A DNA stretch of 60,894 bases, the filler included, from Sphacelaria rigidula (taxonomy: Eukaryota), in assembly GCA_964200075.2 (NCBI GenBank). It is 3 parts of 3 records of this genome, joined end to end, with 100 filler letters (N's around TTAATTAATTAA, not from the genome) between each part and the next. Parts side by side here need not be neighbours in the genome. Positions count along the whole stretch, not along the records: positions 40,687 to 60,894 come from CAXNAA020000558.1; 2 more parts are not named here. One strand, 5' to 3'. The notes under the pieces are model-generated. The model was given only the letters and a program-made list of their open reading frames with translations. It had not been told where the DNA came from and searched no databases. Shown piece by piece: positions 58,286 through 60,894 of the stretch (the first letter of the stretch is position 1; the number at the start of each line of letters is the position of its first letter). The position numbers and the translations under genes are program-made.

Positions 58286-58667
58286 GTGTGTGCATATGTG
58301 TATGTTTGTATGTGTTTGTGTCTGTGTTCAATACTTTGGGGGACTCACCTTAGGTGCCCATGGATGTACTGTTACTATAGGCGTGCACCGCGAGATCGAA
58401 AGCGACAGCGCGGGTGCAGTAGGCACATGATGAATACTTTTACAATGAATACTTGAACATACCGCTATAATACTATACTAGTATCGATCGTAAATGATCT
58501 AATGGTGAGCTTATCTGACCTATTGTAGTCACGCTTTCACGCACGACTTGCCGCTGTGATGACTGATGACTCGTGCACTTGGCCAGCAAGCCTGTTGTAC
58601 ATGCTCTAATGTCTACCGTACTTCCTCAGGATGCACTTGTGAGAATCTTGCCGAAGATACATTTATG

Positions 58668-60706
58668 CACAGTTATAGGCGCGCCTGACCCCTCAAAATG
58701 GGCAAAAAAAGTGTCACCGACCAATATCACGAATAGACACGAACAGACCGACTTCTGAGGCTTATCCAGGCTCGTGGGGTAATATGTGTCCTACGTCATC
58801 GGAAGAGAATGGCATGGATCCAAAATTCATATCGAGAAAAAGTAGAATGCATTCTAAAATCAGAATTCTACCGTTATTTCCGTTGTTGTTCCTCATATAT
58901 TACATGCCACTGGGTCGCTTTTCGTCCGCGCTTGCGATACCCTGGCATGCAAGGAGGCTGGTTGGGTTGAACCAACCCAACGCACACCGAGAACACTCGG
59001 GCAAGGACGGAACATACATTCCCTGAAGAAAGTGAGACCTCGGTAGACCCCAAATCGGCGCCTGTGGCGCCAATTTGAACGAAAACGGGTTGGCCGCACC
59101 CGAGGAGCCCACGAGACTGTCAGTCCTACTAATATTCCGATTCTCTTTGTACACACTCAAATCAAGTAATATCAACCATGAACATTTGTAGCCCAACGCC
59201 GGTAACTGAAACCAGGAAGCTGAGCCATTTTTTGGGCCAAAATGATGTGCTCAACATGCGATAGAGCCACATGTACTGATGAACTTCAACGAGGACGGCC
59301 CTCACACAGACGAGTGGAGTACAAATAGTCACCGGGTGTGTAATGTGGGCTGGGCGGGTGTTGGTTCACCACCTCTTCATGTTTTGAGGAGCTTGATTTA
59401 TCGGCTGCCATCATTCCACAGCTTTTGTCGGATGAATGACTCGCCTTGTGCAAGTGTATTCGTTGTTCCGTGGGCATGTCTTTTCATTTCATGAATATGG
59501 TATATATGACCGCGACGGTTGGTCACATGCTGAATCGGTATCATTTTTCACTTGGAGAAAGTATGCATGATCCAGCTGGACTGCCCTCGCGGTCTAGACT
59601 CCAAAGATATTGTGTTGCACGAGGGAATGGAAACAAACGGTCGTCCGTTCCCCATCAGTGATACAAAAGATGCGTGTCTTACGACGGGTGGGTTTACTGA
59701 AAGACATGAAAGGAGCTTCGGTGCCATGTGGCTCCAGCGAAAGTGGGCCGAGGACTTTATGCTGTCTCTTCTATCGTCTTGACGCAGTATGCTTTGCCAT
59801 TCGACAGGGCAAGTTAGTTCATTTTGATCTTAGTCTGGAAACCGGAATACGGATCTTCTATGGGGGCTGTGCTCCCCGCATGCTCCTAGCATGCCCAGAA
59901 CTCGTTTTTGTCTAAATCGGCGCCTGGGGCGCCGATTTGAGGTCTGGCAACGCACCCGTCGCCCAGGGAACTCGTCGCACCGCCCTTGCCTGAGTGTTCT
60001 CGGTATGCCTTTGTTGTGGTTAGGGTTAGGGCCAGTGTTATAATTTGTTCTCTCCGCTACTGCGAGGTCGCGAAGGTGATTCTTGCTCCTGGGGGTTCGA
60101 AGGTTCAAATTCTACACCTGTCGAACACTCCACATATCTGATGTATCAACCATCTGCACTATCAAGAGTCATTCATGGGTGTCATCTATTCTGAGGCCGT
60201 TAGGCAGGGGTGAGGTTTTCGCGTTTTGTGGAAACCGGCGAGGGTTGGAGGCGCGTGTTTGCGATCATAGCCCAATCTGTTGCAGAAAATACTCATCGCC
60301 AAGGCCATCGATTGGGATTCGACTTTTTGCATCATCTGCGCCAAGACGACAGCTGCAATTGGACCGGATGATTTTTTTTAATTTCATCAGGATGCGAGTT
60401 TTATAACGAATCAAGTTACAAAAAAAACATGTTTTTTTCGCGATTTCCTCGATCACCATAACTTGTTTGGTAAAACTATCCGGTCCGATTGTAGCTTGGA
60501 CAAATACACGCGGGTGAGTAGTTCATACTCCGGAACGATTAAACTTCGAAACCGTGAAATGGAAACCCTACTCAAATCAGAAGTACTTCGAGGGATTTTA
60601 CGGCGTGCATAGTCAGGAGATGAACGAAATCTCCGGTCTGTTCGTGCTTTTGGTCTTTGACACTTTTTTGGCTCATTTTGGGGGGTCAGGCGCGCCCATA
60701 ACAGCG
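58668..60706. mobile_element. About 2-kb non-autonomous TIR DNA transposon, possibly Transib-like, with nested repeats
   Basis: Left CACAGTTATAGGCGCGCCTGACCCCTCAAAATGGGCAAAAAAAGTGTCA pairs with the right end ...TGACACTTTTTTGGCTCATTTTGGG...TCAGGCGCGCCCATAACAGCG. Flanks TTATG / CAATG form an imperfect 5-bp TSD. Confidence 0.7.
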
Positions 60707-60894
60707 CAATGAGTTAGAAGAGCATACACACGACCTAACGAGTGTCTTGGTATCATAGATCGTTTCATGTACACATGCACATGTTCAGCTGTTGCTGTGG
60801 TGCGCCCATTTTTTTTTTTTTTTTTTTCACAGTGTTTGTCATGACAAAGTTGGTAGAACAGACACGGTAGGGCCGCCACGGGTTTGTTTCTGGC

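Noticed and set aside
59808-59915. Next MFS exon (GKLVHFDLSLETGIRIFYGG...)
   Set aside because: Lies inside the TIR element, ends in a stop and lacks the expected P.G.IF..FM motif.

Overview
Eukaryotic, intron-rich, repeat-rich DNA, most likely from a brown alga (Phaeophyceae). That assignment is an inference from WSC-domain and LRR exon styles, an ASAFAP-like plastid-targeting signal, kb-scale introns and RTE/SINE content. The ORF track is mostly noise; the real genes are spliced and were rebuilt by hand from GT/GC-AG boundaries and codon phase. Contents: (1) a 19-exon minus-strand gene (239-20042, both ends not recovered) encoding a prodomain, a metzincin-like protease domain with all zinc ligands, the catalytic Glu and the Met-turn replaced, a Pro/Thr linker, two WSC domains, a Cys-rich module and leucine-rich repeats at one repeat per exon; (2) a degenerate spliced DDE transposase of P-element-like type flanked by fold-back palindromes; (3) a complete 172-aa divergent-loop cyclophilin; (4) a divergently transcribed gene whose first two exons encode a plastid plus thylakoid-lumen-type targeting sequence; (5) a divergent MFSD5/MOT2-like transporter, partial, with a GC-AG intron; (6) many MITEs, SINEs, an RTE LINE fragment and tandem arrays. 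Two 100-bp gaps carry an artificial TTAATTAATTAA linker, so adjacency across them is not guaranteed. No database searches were run; family names rest on motif recognition.
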